DNA from: a virus
Taxonomy: Duplodnaviria > Heunggongvirae > Uroviricota > Caudoviricetes
Length of the DNA stretch: 21,150 bases
Reading direction: 5' to 3' (one strand)
Virus record (IMG/VR): IMGVR_UViG_2778261446_000001
Of this stretch, positions 1-8,027 are shown piece by piece. Under the pieces are notes generated by a model that ran no database searches, was not told the DNA's origin, and was given only the letters and a program-made list of their open reading frames with translations. Made by a program: the position numbers and the translations under genes. Position 1 is the stretch's first letter; every line of letters begins with the position of its first letter.

Positions 1-414
1 AGATGGAAATGCAGACATATCTGGTATCTGATTTTCCCCTGTTCCCACATTCCGTTTTGCCGCTTCTCCCAAACCAAGGTTTTCGAGAGCTGTTTTCACC
101 GTGCCATCCGATTTGATATCGCCAAACGGATTTTGGCGGCTCAGGTATTCAACAGCAAACCCCGATCCCAGCAATTCAACAAAACCGGGCAGATCACCAT
201 TATCAAGCACATCCAGTTGCGTTTTGTCACTTACAAACTGGGCCAGAGCTGCAGCAATAAAGCTGGCCTGCCGAATAACCTTATTGACTTGCGCACTGGA
301 TGCTTTACCTGCTGTAAATCCGGATAAAAGCGCAGGCAACGCTTCCCATTCCTCCTGCGACATAACATTGGCATTTAGATCCGTTGCAAACGCTTTAAAG
401 TCATTTTTCGCCAT
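1..414 (-). CDS. Tail fiber protein, N-terminal part (gene continues beyond window start)
   Basis: Open minus-strand frame starting at ATG 414..412 ([33 protein letters not shown]...) that overlaps the TGA stop of the upstream gene (TGATG) and runs off the window with no stop. Position directly after the gpJ-like and gpI-like genes matches the P2/Mu order V-W-J-I-fiber. Not in the ORF track because the stop lies outside the window; translated by hand. Confidence 0.5.
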   Translation of the reverse strand, partial: MAKNDFKAFATDLNANVMSQEEWEALPALLSGFTAGKASSAQVNKVIRQASFIAAALAQFVSDKTQLDVLDNGDLPGFVELLGSGFAVEYLSRQNPFGDIKSDGTVKTALENLGLGEAAKRNVGTGENQIPDMSAFPS

Positions 415-1094
415 CAGAGTAATACTCCCCATGCCCCTACATCAAAACCACTGATGAATTCGTTATCCATATCAAAACCAAAAAATTTTGAACCTTCCGA
501 TGGGGTTTCCACCGAAGGTGTTTCAATGCCACCCGCCCACACACCGGCGGCTTTTACTGTGAGATATCCCTGTTTAATTGCAGCAATTAACTCACGCGAT
601 ACATCTGAAATATCAGTATCAGGAAAGACCCAGACCGATATCGTCATGTCCTGGTTATCGACTATCTGCATTCGCAGTCCGGATCCTGCTGTCGCCGCGT
701 CAAGAATTGCCGGAAGCGAATCATTCCGTCCATCCCAGTTATTAATCGCAATCTTCGCTTTAAGGATGACACGATAAGTTTCATCGCTGAGGTACATGTA
801 TCCGGAATCAGGATCGTATGGCCCCTGCCATACACCCTGATCATATCCAAGCCCGTCGGTATCCCAGCTGAAATAGACACCTGAGATAGGCTGGCTGACA
901 ACACGGCTACGTCCGATCCACAATCCAAGAATGTCAAGTTGCACACCAACCGCAGAGTCAATATCAAATGCAGTAATCAGCCCTCTGGTGGCAGCCGCAA
1001 CATCAATAAGCGGCCGGGTCATCAGATCAACATGTGCAAGAAATTTAGGTTTGGTGACGTGGTAGTTCGTGATTAGTTCGGTGTATTTGCTCAT
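414..1094 (-). CDS. Putative baseplate wedge protein (gpI-like)
   Basis: 226-aa ORF with ATG start at 1094 overlapping the stop of the upstream gene (ATGA). Lies between the baseplate J-like gene and the tail fiber gene. Assignment is by synteny and size only. Confidence 0.45.
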   Translation of the reverse strand: MSKYTELITNYHVTKPKFLAHVDLMTRPLIDVAAATRGLITAFDIDSAVGVQLDILGLWIGRSRVVSQPISGVYFSWDTDGLGYDQGVWQGPYDPDSGYMYLSDETYRVILKAKIAINNWDGRNDSLPAILDAATAGSGLRMQIVDNQDMTISVWVFPDTDISDVSRELIAAIKQGYLTVKAAGVWAGGIETPSVETPSEGSKFFGFDMDNEFISGFDVGAWGVLL

Positions 1095-2290
1095 GACTCC
1101 ACCGTTATAACGATATTTTCCGGGGTACAGGACGCAGATTCGTTGTATCTGATATCAATGTTTGATGACGACAAAGCCCCCGGGGATTTCCCAATCGTCA
1201 GTTCCTGAATATCGTAATAGCGTGCATTCCCGCCACTCACCACGCCAAGATTCGCCGGTGAGTAAATGCGACTCAAAAGGACCGAATCACCAATCGTCAG
1301 ACTATTGATATAGTCGGAAATAGCCTGCTGGATCTGCTGCCCTATCTGTGAGGTATAACCAGTAAAAACTTTTAATTTAATCCGGGCATAAACAGGTACA
1401 TCACTGGAACGCGAGAATTTGATTACATGGGGATTGCCGTATTTATCCGGAACCGTAACGGATGTTGTACCGTGAGTGGCTGTCCCCTGGCCTTTATTCC
1501 CTCTGATAGCCTGAGCAATATCCGTCACATCACCGCCATCCACAATTACAGCAACAGAGTGTGGCGGTAACCCGTTACCGTCCTCCGAACCAGTATCGTT
1601 TTCATAGAGTTTGTGGCGGGTTACACCGGTAACATTAGAAACAGCACCATCCAGTGCTTCAAATGGGGTTATTGATGGCAACGCAACACTTTGCGACTGG
1701 CGGATACGTAACTCAGCATCAGTTTCTGCCGGAGAGCCAACAGTAGCCGCAGCAGGATTAGTTACCGAAACCCAGCCACGGGTTGGCGTATTAATTTCAG
1801 TGATAGTTCCAGCCAGCGCCGCCACTGCACCACTGACGGAACATTTTGCGGTCGCCATCACTGTACCATCCACGCCGACCACCACTGAAGCAGGCAAACG
1901 CCATATCACATTATTACTGTCTTTCACGCTGCCATTAATGATGGTTGTTCCGGCAGTTCCTGTAAGAAGCAAATCAACCGTAGAGTTCGTCGCGCCTTTA
2001 CGTGAAATACCATTTATTTTCACGTTGCTGGTCAGTGCAGCCCCATAGCCGGTTGCCGGTGAAAAACAGTTGTAGACAGTTATCGCCATATTATTGGCAT
2101 CATGAATCGCCAGCGCCATCAAAGCCACCATCTGGCCGTCTTTGCTGTCCGGTTCGAGGTAGGCATCACTGCCATAAATCTGCTGAAAATAGCTAATCAG
2201 GGTGCTGAGTATCGTCTGATAATCAGGCGCACTGATCCCCTCTGCGGTTACCTTTGCAGATAAACCAAGAGAATCAAGGTTCAGAGCCAT
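1091..2290 (-). CDS. Baseplate J-like protein (gpJ / Mu gp47-like)
   Basis: 399-aa ORF with ATG at 2290 overlapping the upstream stop (TAATG). Size and position (after the gpW-like gene, before the gpI-like gene and fiber) are typical of baseplate J-family proteins. Confidence 0.55.
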   Translation of the reverse strand: MALNLDSLGLSAKVTAEGISAPDYQTILSTLISYFQQIYGSDAYLEPDSKDGQMVALMALAIHDANNMAITVYNCFSPATGYGAALTSNVKINGISRKGATNSTVDLLLTGTAGTTIINGSVKDSNNVIWRLPASVVVGVDGTVMATAKCSVSGAVAALAGTITEINTPTRGWVSVTNPAAATVGSPAETDAELRIRQSQSVALPSITPFEALDGAVSNVTGVTRHKLYENDTGSEDGNGLPPHSVAVIVDGGDVTDIAQAIRGNKGQGTATHGTTSVTVPDKYGNPHVIKFSRSSDVPVYARIKLKVFTGYTSQIGQQIQQAISDYINSLTIGDSVLLSRIYSPANLGVVSGGNARYYDIQELTIGKSPGALSSSNIDIRYNESASCTPENIVITVES

Positions 2291-2643
2291 TACGCCTCCG
2301 ATGTAACAGTCGTTATTCCATAAAGAGTGTCGATTTCAGCGGAAAACATGACACGTCGGGTCGTGGTATCCACCGTCGTATTGAAAGAGAGGATTGATTT
2401 AACGCCCCGCGTTTCGAGGATGCGCTTACGGATCGCCAGGTTGTAGGTTTCCGGCTTCTGCTTACCGAGTACGGACTGGATCCACGGAGTCCCTTCGGTG
2501 GTATCGAGAAACCATTGCCCATACCACAATTCGAATCGCGTTTTTACCGCCTGCGCCACGGCCTCCGGTGAGTTAATCAGCCAGGTGTCATCACCGCTGC
2601 CAAAGGTATAATCGCCATCGGCGTCTTCACGTCTGTATCGCAT
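2290..2643 (-). CDS. Putative small baseplate wedge protein (gpW / gp25-like)
   Basis: 117-aa ORF with ATG at 2643 overlapping the spike gene stop (ATGA). Its size and its place between the spike and gpJ-like genes match gpW/gp25-like proteins. Assignment is by synteny. Confidence 0.4.
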   Translation of the reverse strand: MRYRREDADGDYTFGSGDDTWLINSPEAVAQAVKTRFELWYGQWFLDTTEGTPWIQSVLGKQKPETYNLAIRKRILETRGVKSILSFNTTVDTTTRRVMFSAEIDTLYGITTVTSEA

Positions 2644-3398
2644 CAGTTAGGCGCTCCTGTGTTACCGCCGCCGGTCTGTACTCCGCCGTGCGTGTGCGTC
2701 ATCAGGCTCTTACCACCAGCTTTTACATCGTTAGTCACCGTGACAGGGCCAAGCATCGTCGCGGTGCCGCCGCTTTCGCCCATCCCCTGAGAGAGATTCC
2801 CGTTTATTGTCACGTTGCCGTTTAGCGTGATGGTGGGTGATGTGATCGTGGTTCCTCCTTCTGCTGTCGCCGTCAACGCGCCGGGAGTTTTAACCGTGAT
2901 ATTATGGCCTGCGGCCACTTCCACAAACGCAGCGCCATCATCAGTACGCAGCTGCGCGCCACTGGTGCTTATTCCGCTTATTTTCTGCGCCTGAGACTGC
3001 GGCCCGACGATACAGAAAGCATCCGATAAATCATGCACCCGGTCGTCGACAGGCTCCTGCACCCCGCCGTTCTGCCACCAGAAATCGATGCAGCGGTCGG
3101 CGAAAATCACCAGGCATTCATCCCCGGCTTTAACCGGAAAAGTCAACGTACAGCCTCCACCGCGCGGAAATACCACTGGCACATCCACCAGCAACGGGTA
3201 ATTTTTGGTAATGCGGTTACCGTCGTTATCCTTTTCAACCGAACGGATAGCTGGCTGCACAACCGCCGTCACCGCGTCGGGATCGAATGACTGAACAATG
3301 CCAGGCAAGGCGACACGGATCTGGTTCTTTGTTGTTTCCCGTTCAGATTTGAATGTTTCGGCAAGGTCGCCGCTGCGGGTCTGGTCAGATACTGCCAT
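2643..3398 (-). CDS. Baseplate central spike protein (gpV / gp138-like)
   Basis: 251-aa ORF with ATG at 3398 and a GGAG about 10 nt upstream. The C-terminal half is Gly/Thr-rich and repetitive (NITVKTPGALTATAEGGTTITSPTITLNGNVTINGN), consistent with a beta-helix, and ends in THTHGG, an HxH motif like the metal-binding apex of phage spikes. Precedes the gpW-like gene as in P2 (V-W-J-I). Confidence 0.55.
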   Translation of the reverse strand: MAVSDQTRSGDLAETFKSERETTKNQIRVALPGIVQSFDPDAVTAVVQPAIRSVEKDNDGNRITKNYPLLVDVPVVFPRGGGCTLTFPVKAGDECLVIFADRCIDFWWQNGGVQEPVDDRVHDLSDAFCIVGPQSQAQKISGISTSGAQLRTDDGAAFVEVAAGHNITVKTPGALTATAEGGTTITSPTITLNGNVTINGNLSQGMGESGGTATMLGPVTVTNDVKAGGKSLMTHTHGGVQTGGGNTGAPN

Positions 3399-3413
3399 TT
3401 AGTAGGCTCCAGA

Positions 3414-3441
3414 AAGCAAAAAACCCGCCGGGTGGCGGGTT
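3414..3441 (-). terminator. Rho-independent terminator closing the AT-rich moron
   Basis: An 8-bp stem (3422-3429 pairing with 3434-3441, mostly G/C) with a 4-nt loop is followed on the minus strand by UUUUUUGCUUU. It sits 17 nt downstream of the membrane-protein stop codon and just upstream of the spike gene ribosome-binding site. Confidence 0.6.
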
Positions 3442-3457
3442 CATTATTGAAGTTTCA

Positions 3458-3697
3458 TTACTGCTTGTTTGCTTCTAACGCTTCAGCTATTCGGCGAAGA
3501 TACTCATTGTTTTTAAATGAAACCATGATGCACTCAAAAAATATTCGGCAAAATACAGCACATAACAAAAGCACTAAAGCGCCAGCAGCCTTCCCATTAA
3601 CAAACGTTATAATGGCGGCAACAACCAGAAGTAACATTGTGATGCCATACAGAACGTTGATGATTTTTGGAGTTATTAATTTATCAAATCCGAACAT
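3458..3697 (-). CDS. Small two-helix inner-membrane protein (moron gene, function unknown; DUF4282-like from memory)
   Basis: 79-aa ORF with ATG at 3697 and AAGGA about 9 nt upstream. It has two hydrophobic helices (IINVLYGITMLLLVVAAIITFV and AAGALVLLLCAVFCRIFFECIMVSF) and a charged C-terminal tail. Local GC is about 38% against about 55% in the flanking tail genes. It has its own promoter-like element upstream and a terminator downstream. Confidence 0.6.
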   Translation of the reverse strand: MFGFDKLITPKIINVLYGITMLLLVVAAIITFVNGKAAGALVLLLCAVFCRIFFECIMVSFKNNEYLRRIAEALEANKQ

Positions 3698-3733
3698 GCG
3701 ACAAATTCCTTATCGTGAAAGTAGAAGTATCAC

Positions 3734-3761
3734 ATTATAATTACGAGTGATTAATCAACAA
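3734..3761 (-). promoter_or_regulatory. Candidate sigma70 promoter for the membrane-protein gene
   Basis: On the minus strand there is a perfect -10 TATAAT (plus coordinates 3739..3734) with TTGTTG 16 nt upstream (3761..3756), about 35 nt upstream of the ATG at 3697. Called by consensus matching only. Confidence 0.4.
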
Positions 3762-4083
3762 TCTTTTTGCATGGAAAGGAACCGATGATTTTCGGCGCAT
3801 CCATGCTGTTCTGCAGCAGTTGGACATTCAGGAAAGCTTTTCCGTTACGTTTCACAAACTCAAAGCCGTAATTGTTACCATCACGGGAAGGCATCAGGCC
3901 CATGTCCATTTTTATGTTTGAATAGTCACCATCTTTTCCCAGAAATTTTATCTTCTGTGATGTGACAGTTTCACCGTTAATAACAGTCATTCCGTCACCG
4001 GTCATCGTGTAGTTGCCGCACTGAATTGCAGCCATCGCCGGAGCAGTAACCATCATAACTAACGCCAAACATAACCGTTTCAT
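3751..4083 (-). CDS. Small secreted/periplasmic protein with signal peptide (moron gene, function unknown)
   Basis: The ORF track gives 3751..4161, but that start overlaps the upstream gene. The likely start is ATG at 4083, overlapping the hub-gene stop (TAATG), giving 110 aa: MKRLCLALVMMVTAPAMA|AIQCGNY... with a typical Sec signal peptide and AxA cleavage site. The mature protein of about 92 aa has two Cys residues (one near each end), suggesting a disulfide. GC is about 43%. The layout is reminiscent of MliC/PliC-type lysozyme inhibitors, from memory only. Confidence 0.55.
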   Translation of the reverse strand: MKRLCLALVMMVTAPAMAAIQCGNYTMTGDGMTVINGETVTSQKIKFLGKDGDYSNIKMDMGLMPSRDGNNYGFEFVKRNGKAFLNVQLLQNSMDAPKIIGSFPCKKIVD

Positions 4084-5147
4084 TAAAGCCCTCTTTCCCT
4101 CGCTGATGAGGAAACAAGATCCGCCGCGCCACGCGCTTCGCACATCATATCCATGTACCACGCCTGGCCCCTTGTATCGCCAGTGTACATAATCCCGCGC
4201 ACAATATAAACGCCATCCGTTGCGATGCTGGCAGGTTGTGCTGTGGTGCCGCTTAGCGTGATATTTCCGTCCGTGTTCTGGTCGGTGATCTGCCCACCAG
4301 CCATCGCAATATCGTTGTTCGACAACGCGGTGCGATATACGGAAGCCTGATCCAGTTGAATGAGCCCATTAACCCGGATGTTCGGATTAATAAGCGCGCG
4401 GACGTTTACGCCGTTGCCGATAGTCTGCTGCGGCATGCCGATAAGCCCGGTGGCGCTGTTGAGCACAATCGCTTCATGAACATATTCGTTATTCGCCACC
4501 ATCTGGCGTTGACCGTCCACGAATTGCCATGTTGCGCCACATTGCCCGGCTACGTTATCCATAAGATGCCGCGTCATGCCAAAGAGCACCCGCCCCCGGG
4601 GGAATACAGTAGCAGGCATTTCAGGCGTCAGGCCTTCGGTCGCGCCTTTGGCTTCGAAGTCTTTCATCAGCGCACGGTTCACATCAGCGACCGTGTAACC
4701 GGCAGCCAGCGTCTGTGAGGTTATACTGGTGGCAAATGCCAGATCCGTATCTGCTGCCTGAATCAGGACATAGGAATCAATAGGGCTGTCTTTTCCTGTG
4801 ACCGAGTAGCGAATTTCTCCGCTGAAAATCAGCCCGTAGTTGCGGCCATCACTCTGGCCCACATCTGCCGCGTCGACTTCGCGCACGGTCCCGACGTCGC
4901 TTGCCGCCACCTCCGGCGCGATACCGTCGTAACCGGCAATCAGCCGCACTTTCGAAAATTCCTTCCCGGTGATTCGGTTCACAGTATCTGCCAAGAGGTT
5001 ATAAATTTTGATAGTCCCTACCCGGGACGCGCTGCTGATGTTGAACCAGTCGATCGTAAAGGTGACTTTGAAATCACTTAGCTCAATTCCCTGACCGTTC
5101 CCGTCCACAAGCTGCAGCTCGAAATGTCTCATCCAGTTCTGTGACAT
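4083..5147 (-). CDS. Putative baseplate hub protein (gpD / gp27-like)
   Basis: 354-aa ORF with ATG at 5147 and GGAG 7 nt upstream. Located downstream of the tape measure and upstream of the central spike, as hub proteins are in Mu/P2/PBSX-like tail modules. Assignment is by synteny and size. Confidence 0.45.
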   Translation of the reverse strand: MSQNWMRHFELQLVDGNGQGIELSDFKVTFTIDWFNISSASRVGTIKIYNLLADTVNRITGKEFSKVRLIAGYDGIAPEVAASDVGTVREVDAADVGQSDGRNYGLIFSGEIRYSVTGKDSPIDSYVLIQAADTDLAFATSITSQTLAAGYTVADVNRALMKDFEAKGATEGLTPEMPATVFPRGRVLFGMTRHLMDNVAGQCGATWQFVDGQRQMVANNEYVHEAIVLNSATGLIGMPQQTIGNGVNVRALINPNIRVNGLIQLDQASVYRTALSNNDIAMAGGQITDQNTDGNITLSGTTAQPASIATDGVYIVRGIMYTGDTRGQAWYMDMMCEARGAADLVSSSARERGL

Positions 5148-5149
5148 GC

Positions 5150-5452
5150 TTACTCCGTTGATACCAGTAAATGACTGCGGCCACCCAGATCAGTTTTCGA
5201 GGGATAATCCTGTGTGTTGTCATCGCAGACCACCACCAGCTTAAAACCAAGCCCCATACAGGCGTACTGCGCCAGCAGATCAGCGCCAGTGACGAGAGGA
5301 ATACCGGAGATTACCGGCTCCCCTCTGTCGTTCTGCAGGTCCATAATCCAGTAAGGATCGCGCCATATGATGCTAATCTGCCAAGTGACACCACCCAGGA
5401 CGATGCTGAACTGCTGGTTGTCCGCTGTCAGCGGAATTTCCTGAATAGTCAT
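5150..5452 (-). CDS. Small tail/baseplate protein, uncharacterised
   Basis: 100-aa ORF with ATG at 5452 overlapping the upstream stop (TAATG). Lies between the tape measure and the hub gene. Confidence 0.35.
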   Translation of the reverse strand: MTIQEIPLTADNQQFSIVLGGVTWQISIIWRDPYWIMDLQNDRGEPVISGIPLVTGADLLAQYACMGLGFKLVVVCDDNTQDYPSKTDLGGRSHLLVSTE

Positions 5453-6039
5453 TAGCCGCCTCCCAGTAATGACGCCACGTTACCAGTGATGCTTTTCAGC
5501 AGTGAAGTATCTGGAGGCTTTGTGGTTTTGTTGCCGCTGTTCTGTAGCGCCGACGTGCTGGCCCCTTCCTTCATGTTGGTTTTATCCGCGACGGTGATCT
5601 GCTGTGTCCGGGAGATAAGGACCTCCCTCAGGGTGAGGACGGCGGACAGGACGTTTTCGGTTGTCTTGTCCGTCGTCACTTCCAGCGCCCGGATCAACAT
5701 GTTGCTGTACAGTCGTTTACCGGTTACCACATCGAAGGGGATACGGCTTTCCTGCAGATCCAGTAGCTCCTGATACGTCTGCTGAGGACTCAGGCCGAGC
5801 AGGCTGGTAGCCGTCAGATTACTGGCAAAATCCAGCAATGCGCCGCCACCGGCGAAACCAACCTCCATCACCACTTCTGACGGTTTTTTATAGGCATGAT
5901 CAGCGACAGCGGCCCCGACCTCTACCGGATGCTCTGTTATTTCAAGCATATCTGTATGCTTCTCTGAAATAACAACACTGGGAACAATCATTCCTATTTT
6001 TCTGCTCTGCTGATGAAAAAGTGTAGAGAGAATATCCAC
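5452..6039 (-). CDS. Tail/baseplate protein downstream of tape measure, uncharacterised
   Basis: 195-aa ORF starting at GTG 6039, which overlaps the tape measure TAG stop (TAGTG), with a GAGGG-rich Shine-Dalgarno upstream. An alternative internal ATG at 5991 has poor Shine-Dalgarno spacing. Confidence 0.4.
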   Translation of the reverse strand: MDILSTLFHQQSRKIGMIVPSVVISEKHTDMLEITEHPVEVGAAVADHAYKKPSEVVMEVGFAGGGALLDFASNLTATSLLGLSPQQTYQELLDLQESRIPFDVVTGKRLYSNMLIRALEVTTDKTTENVLSAVLTLREVLISRTQQITVADKTNMKEGASTSALQNSGNKTTKPPDTSLLKSITGNVASLLGGG

Positions 6040-8027
6040 TAACTCACCCTCACCTGATTACTTCGCATGACCTGAGCATTTGCAGACTGTTGCCGACGTG
6101 CAACCTCATTACCGACAGCGTGCGGATCTCCGCCACCGTAAATGTGGTAAGTATTTTGCTGGTTAACCTCTGTCATTTTGCCACTAATTCCCGCCACGGC
6201 AGCCTTATTAATCAGCTCTCGAGAATAGATATTTCTTCCATTTTCATGCTGGATAATGCTGCTCATCAATGCTGACATGGTTTGCGGATCGCTCATATTC
6301 AGGGCAGCCCGGGGATCCACTCCCAGTCGTTGCGATACAGCCCTGATATACGCAGTTGTGTTGTTATTATCAGACGCAGGTGCCCAGGTAGAGATAATTT
6401 TCTCCACACTGTTTATTCCCCGTCCGGCGTACAGCATTAACTGACGAGCAAGAGCCCGTAATCCATCAAAAGCAGTTTCAAATCTGGCAAATCGCCCGCC
6501 CGGGCGTTCAAGAGAAGCCCCTGCCTGACCAGCAAAATTAAGGTTTCCCGGATTGTTATTCCGTTCTCCTCGTTTCGTAGCCTGTGCATATTGTTCCGGC
6601 TCATCATCACTAAACCAGCCGCGTACCGTCCGGCCCACACTGCGGGGATCGAATCCCCAGTGCTCTTTAATCCAGTCGGCAGTACTGTTAGCGCTGTCTG
6701 TAACCATCGGCATCGCTGACGGATTTTCGCTGCCCTGATTAAGTATCTGTTTGCCGATGCTGACGGCATCAGCCCAGCGGCCATCTTTGATAGCGTTGAG
6801 CAGGTCGGCGATCATGTTCAGCATTTTGCTGAATTCGCCCATCTGGTCGATGAAGTTGCTGAAATCCCACTTCAGGGACCATGATTTGGGGTCAATATTG
6901 AGCAGTTTCGCCAGCGCTTTCGCCAGTTCATTAACAGACCCTTTCAGGTCACGAACCATCTTCAGCGCGGCATCGACCTCCGGCTTCCACTTGCCCCAGT
7001 CAATCAGGCTGTCGCCGCCTTCCTTCCAGGTCTGATAGTCCTCCCACAGAAGGGCAATCCCCGCCGCCAGCGCGGTAATGAGGCCAATCGGCGACATCCA
7101 GAACGTACTGTTCAGAATGCGCAGCGCAATCGTCAGCGCGCCAAACAGCGAGATGAGCTCCCGCGTTTGCTTATCCAGCGATTGCCACCAGGTGATGAGG
7201 CCTGATGTTCCTTCAATCAGTCTGAAGAACAGCCGCCCGATAATATCCCCGAGCGCCAGAATGCCTTTTATGGCTTTCGTCAGGGTCTGCTCGATACGCG
7301 GGAAGTTGTCCAGGATATGGCGGCGCAGAGTGTCCAGCGAACCCGCAAGCCCACCCGCAAGATTAGAGCCGATTTTGTCACGGGCCATGCCTGCCATCGC
7401 GCCAAACTCACGCAGGGAGGTCATAAATTTGTTGGAGCTTCTGGCCGCCTCGTCAGCATTGAAGCCGATAGCTTTCGCCATTGCGCTGTACTGCCCGGAG
7501 AAACCACCCACACCCCGGCGCATAGCCATCAGGGTATTTTCGTCAATGCCCAGCATCTGCGCATACTGGTTAGCCCGGTAATACGGCATGCTGCTGAGTT
7601 TCTGTCCAACGCCCGTAAAGATAGCAGCCATGTCACGCATGTTACCGCTGGCATCACGGGTCTGTACGCCCAGGCGATTCAGAAAGCCTTCTGCTCCGGG
7701 ATTGTTACGAATAAACCGGGAGAGGCTTTCCAGAGAAGATCGCACAGCGTCCACACTGCCGCCAACCTGCGAAACCGCATAGCCAATAGACTGAATTCCC
7801 TGGACCGTCGCGCCGGTGCGCTGTGACGCCCAGTAAAGATTATCCAGGCCGGAGGCGATCTTAGCCGTGAAGGCCACCACGGACAGCGCAGCTCCTTCAA
7901 CAGCCAGCCCCATTTTGATGACATTTGCAGTTGTACCGGCGAGGACAGAACCGAACTTTTTCGCTCCTGCATCATCCACACTGAAGCCAAGCGAGACGAG
8001 GAAATCTTTAATAGTTTCAGCGTTCAT
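6039..8027 (-). CDS. Tail tape measure protein
   Basis: Long ORF (track 6039..8048 starts at a TTG). The preferred start is ATG at 8027, preceded by GGAGAGAGG. The protein is Ala/Gly/Leu-rich and helical, with a central hydrophobic segment (LITALAAGIALLW). It follows the chaperone and its frameshift extension, the canonical arrangement. Confidence 0.8.
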   Translation of the reverse strand: MNAETIKDFLVSLGFSVDDAGAKKFGSVLAGTTANVIKMGLAVEGAALSVVAFTAKIASGLDNLYWASQRTGATVQGIQSIGYAVSQVGGSVDAVRSSLESLSRFIRNNPGAEGFLNRLGVQTRDASGNMRDMAAIFTGVGQKLSSMPYYRANQYAQMLGIDENTLMAMRRGVGGFSGQYSAMAKAIGFNADEAARSSNKFMTSLREFGAMAGMARDKIGSNLAGGLAGSLDTLRRHILDNFPRIEQTLTKAIKGILALGDIIGRLFFRLIEGTSGLITWWQSLDKQTRELISLFGALTIALRILNSTFWMSPIGLITALAAGIALLWEDYQTWKEGGDSLIDWGKWKPEVDAALKMVRDLKGSVNELAKALAKLLNIDPKSWSLKWDFSNFIDQMGEFSKMLNMIADLLNAIKDGRWADAVSIGKQILNQGSENPSAMPMVTDSANSTADWIKEHWGFDPRSVGRTVRGWFSDDEPEQYAQATKRGERNNNPGNLNFAGQAGASLERPGGRFARFETAFDGLRALARQLMLYAGRGINSVEKIISTWAPASDNNNTTAYIRAVSQRLGVDPRAALNMSDPQTMSALMSSIIQHENGRNIYSRELINKAAVAGISGKMTEVNQQNTYHIYGGGDPHAVGNEVARRQQSANAQVMRSNQVRVS

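Noticed and set aside
3432-3740. Plus-strand 102-aa ORF across the moron region.
   Set aside because: It is antisense to the membrane-protein gene, starts at a non-ATG codon, has no Shine-Dalgarno, and runs into the terminator stem.
414-5452. Start/stop codon overlaps (ATGA, TAATG, TAGTG) linking the baseplate genes.
   Set aside because: This is ordinary translational coupling in phage structural operons and not a distinct feature. Noted only because it supports the gene starts chosen.
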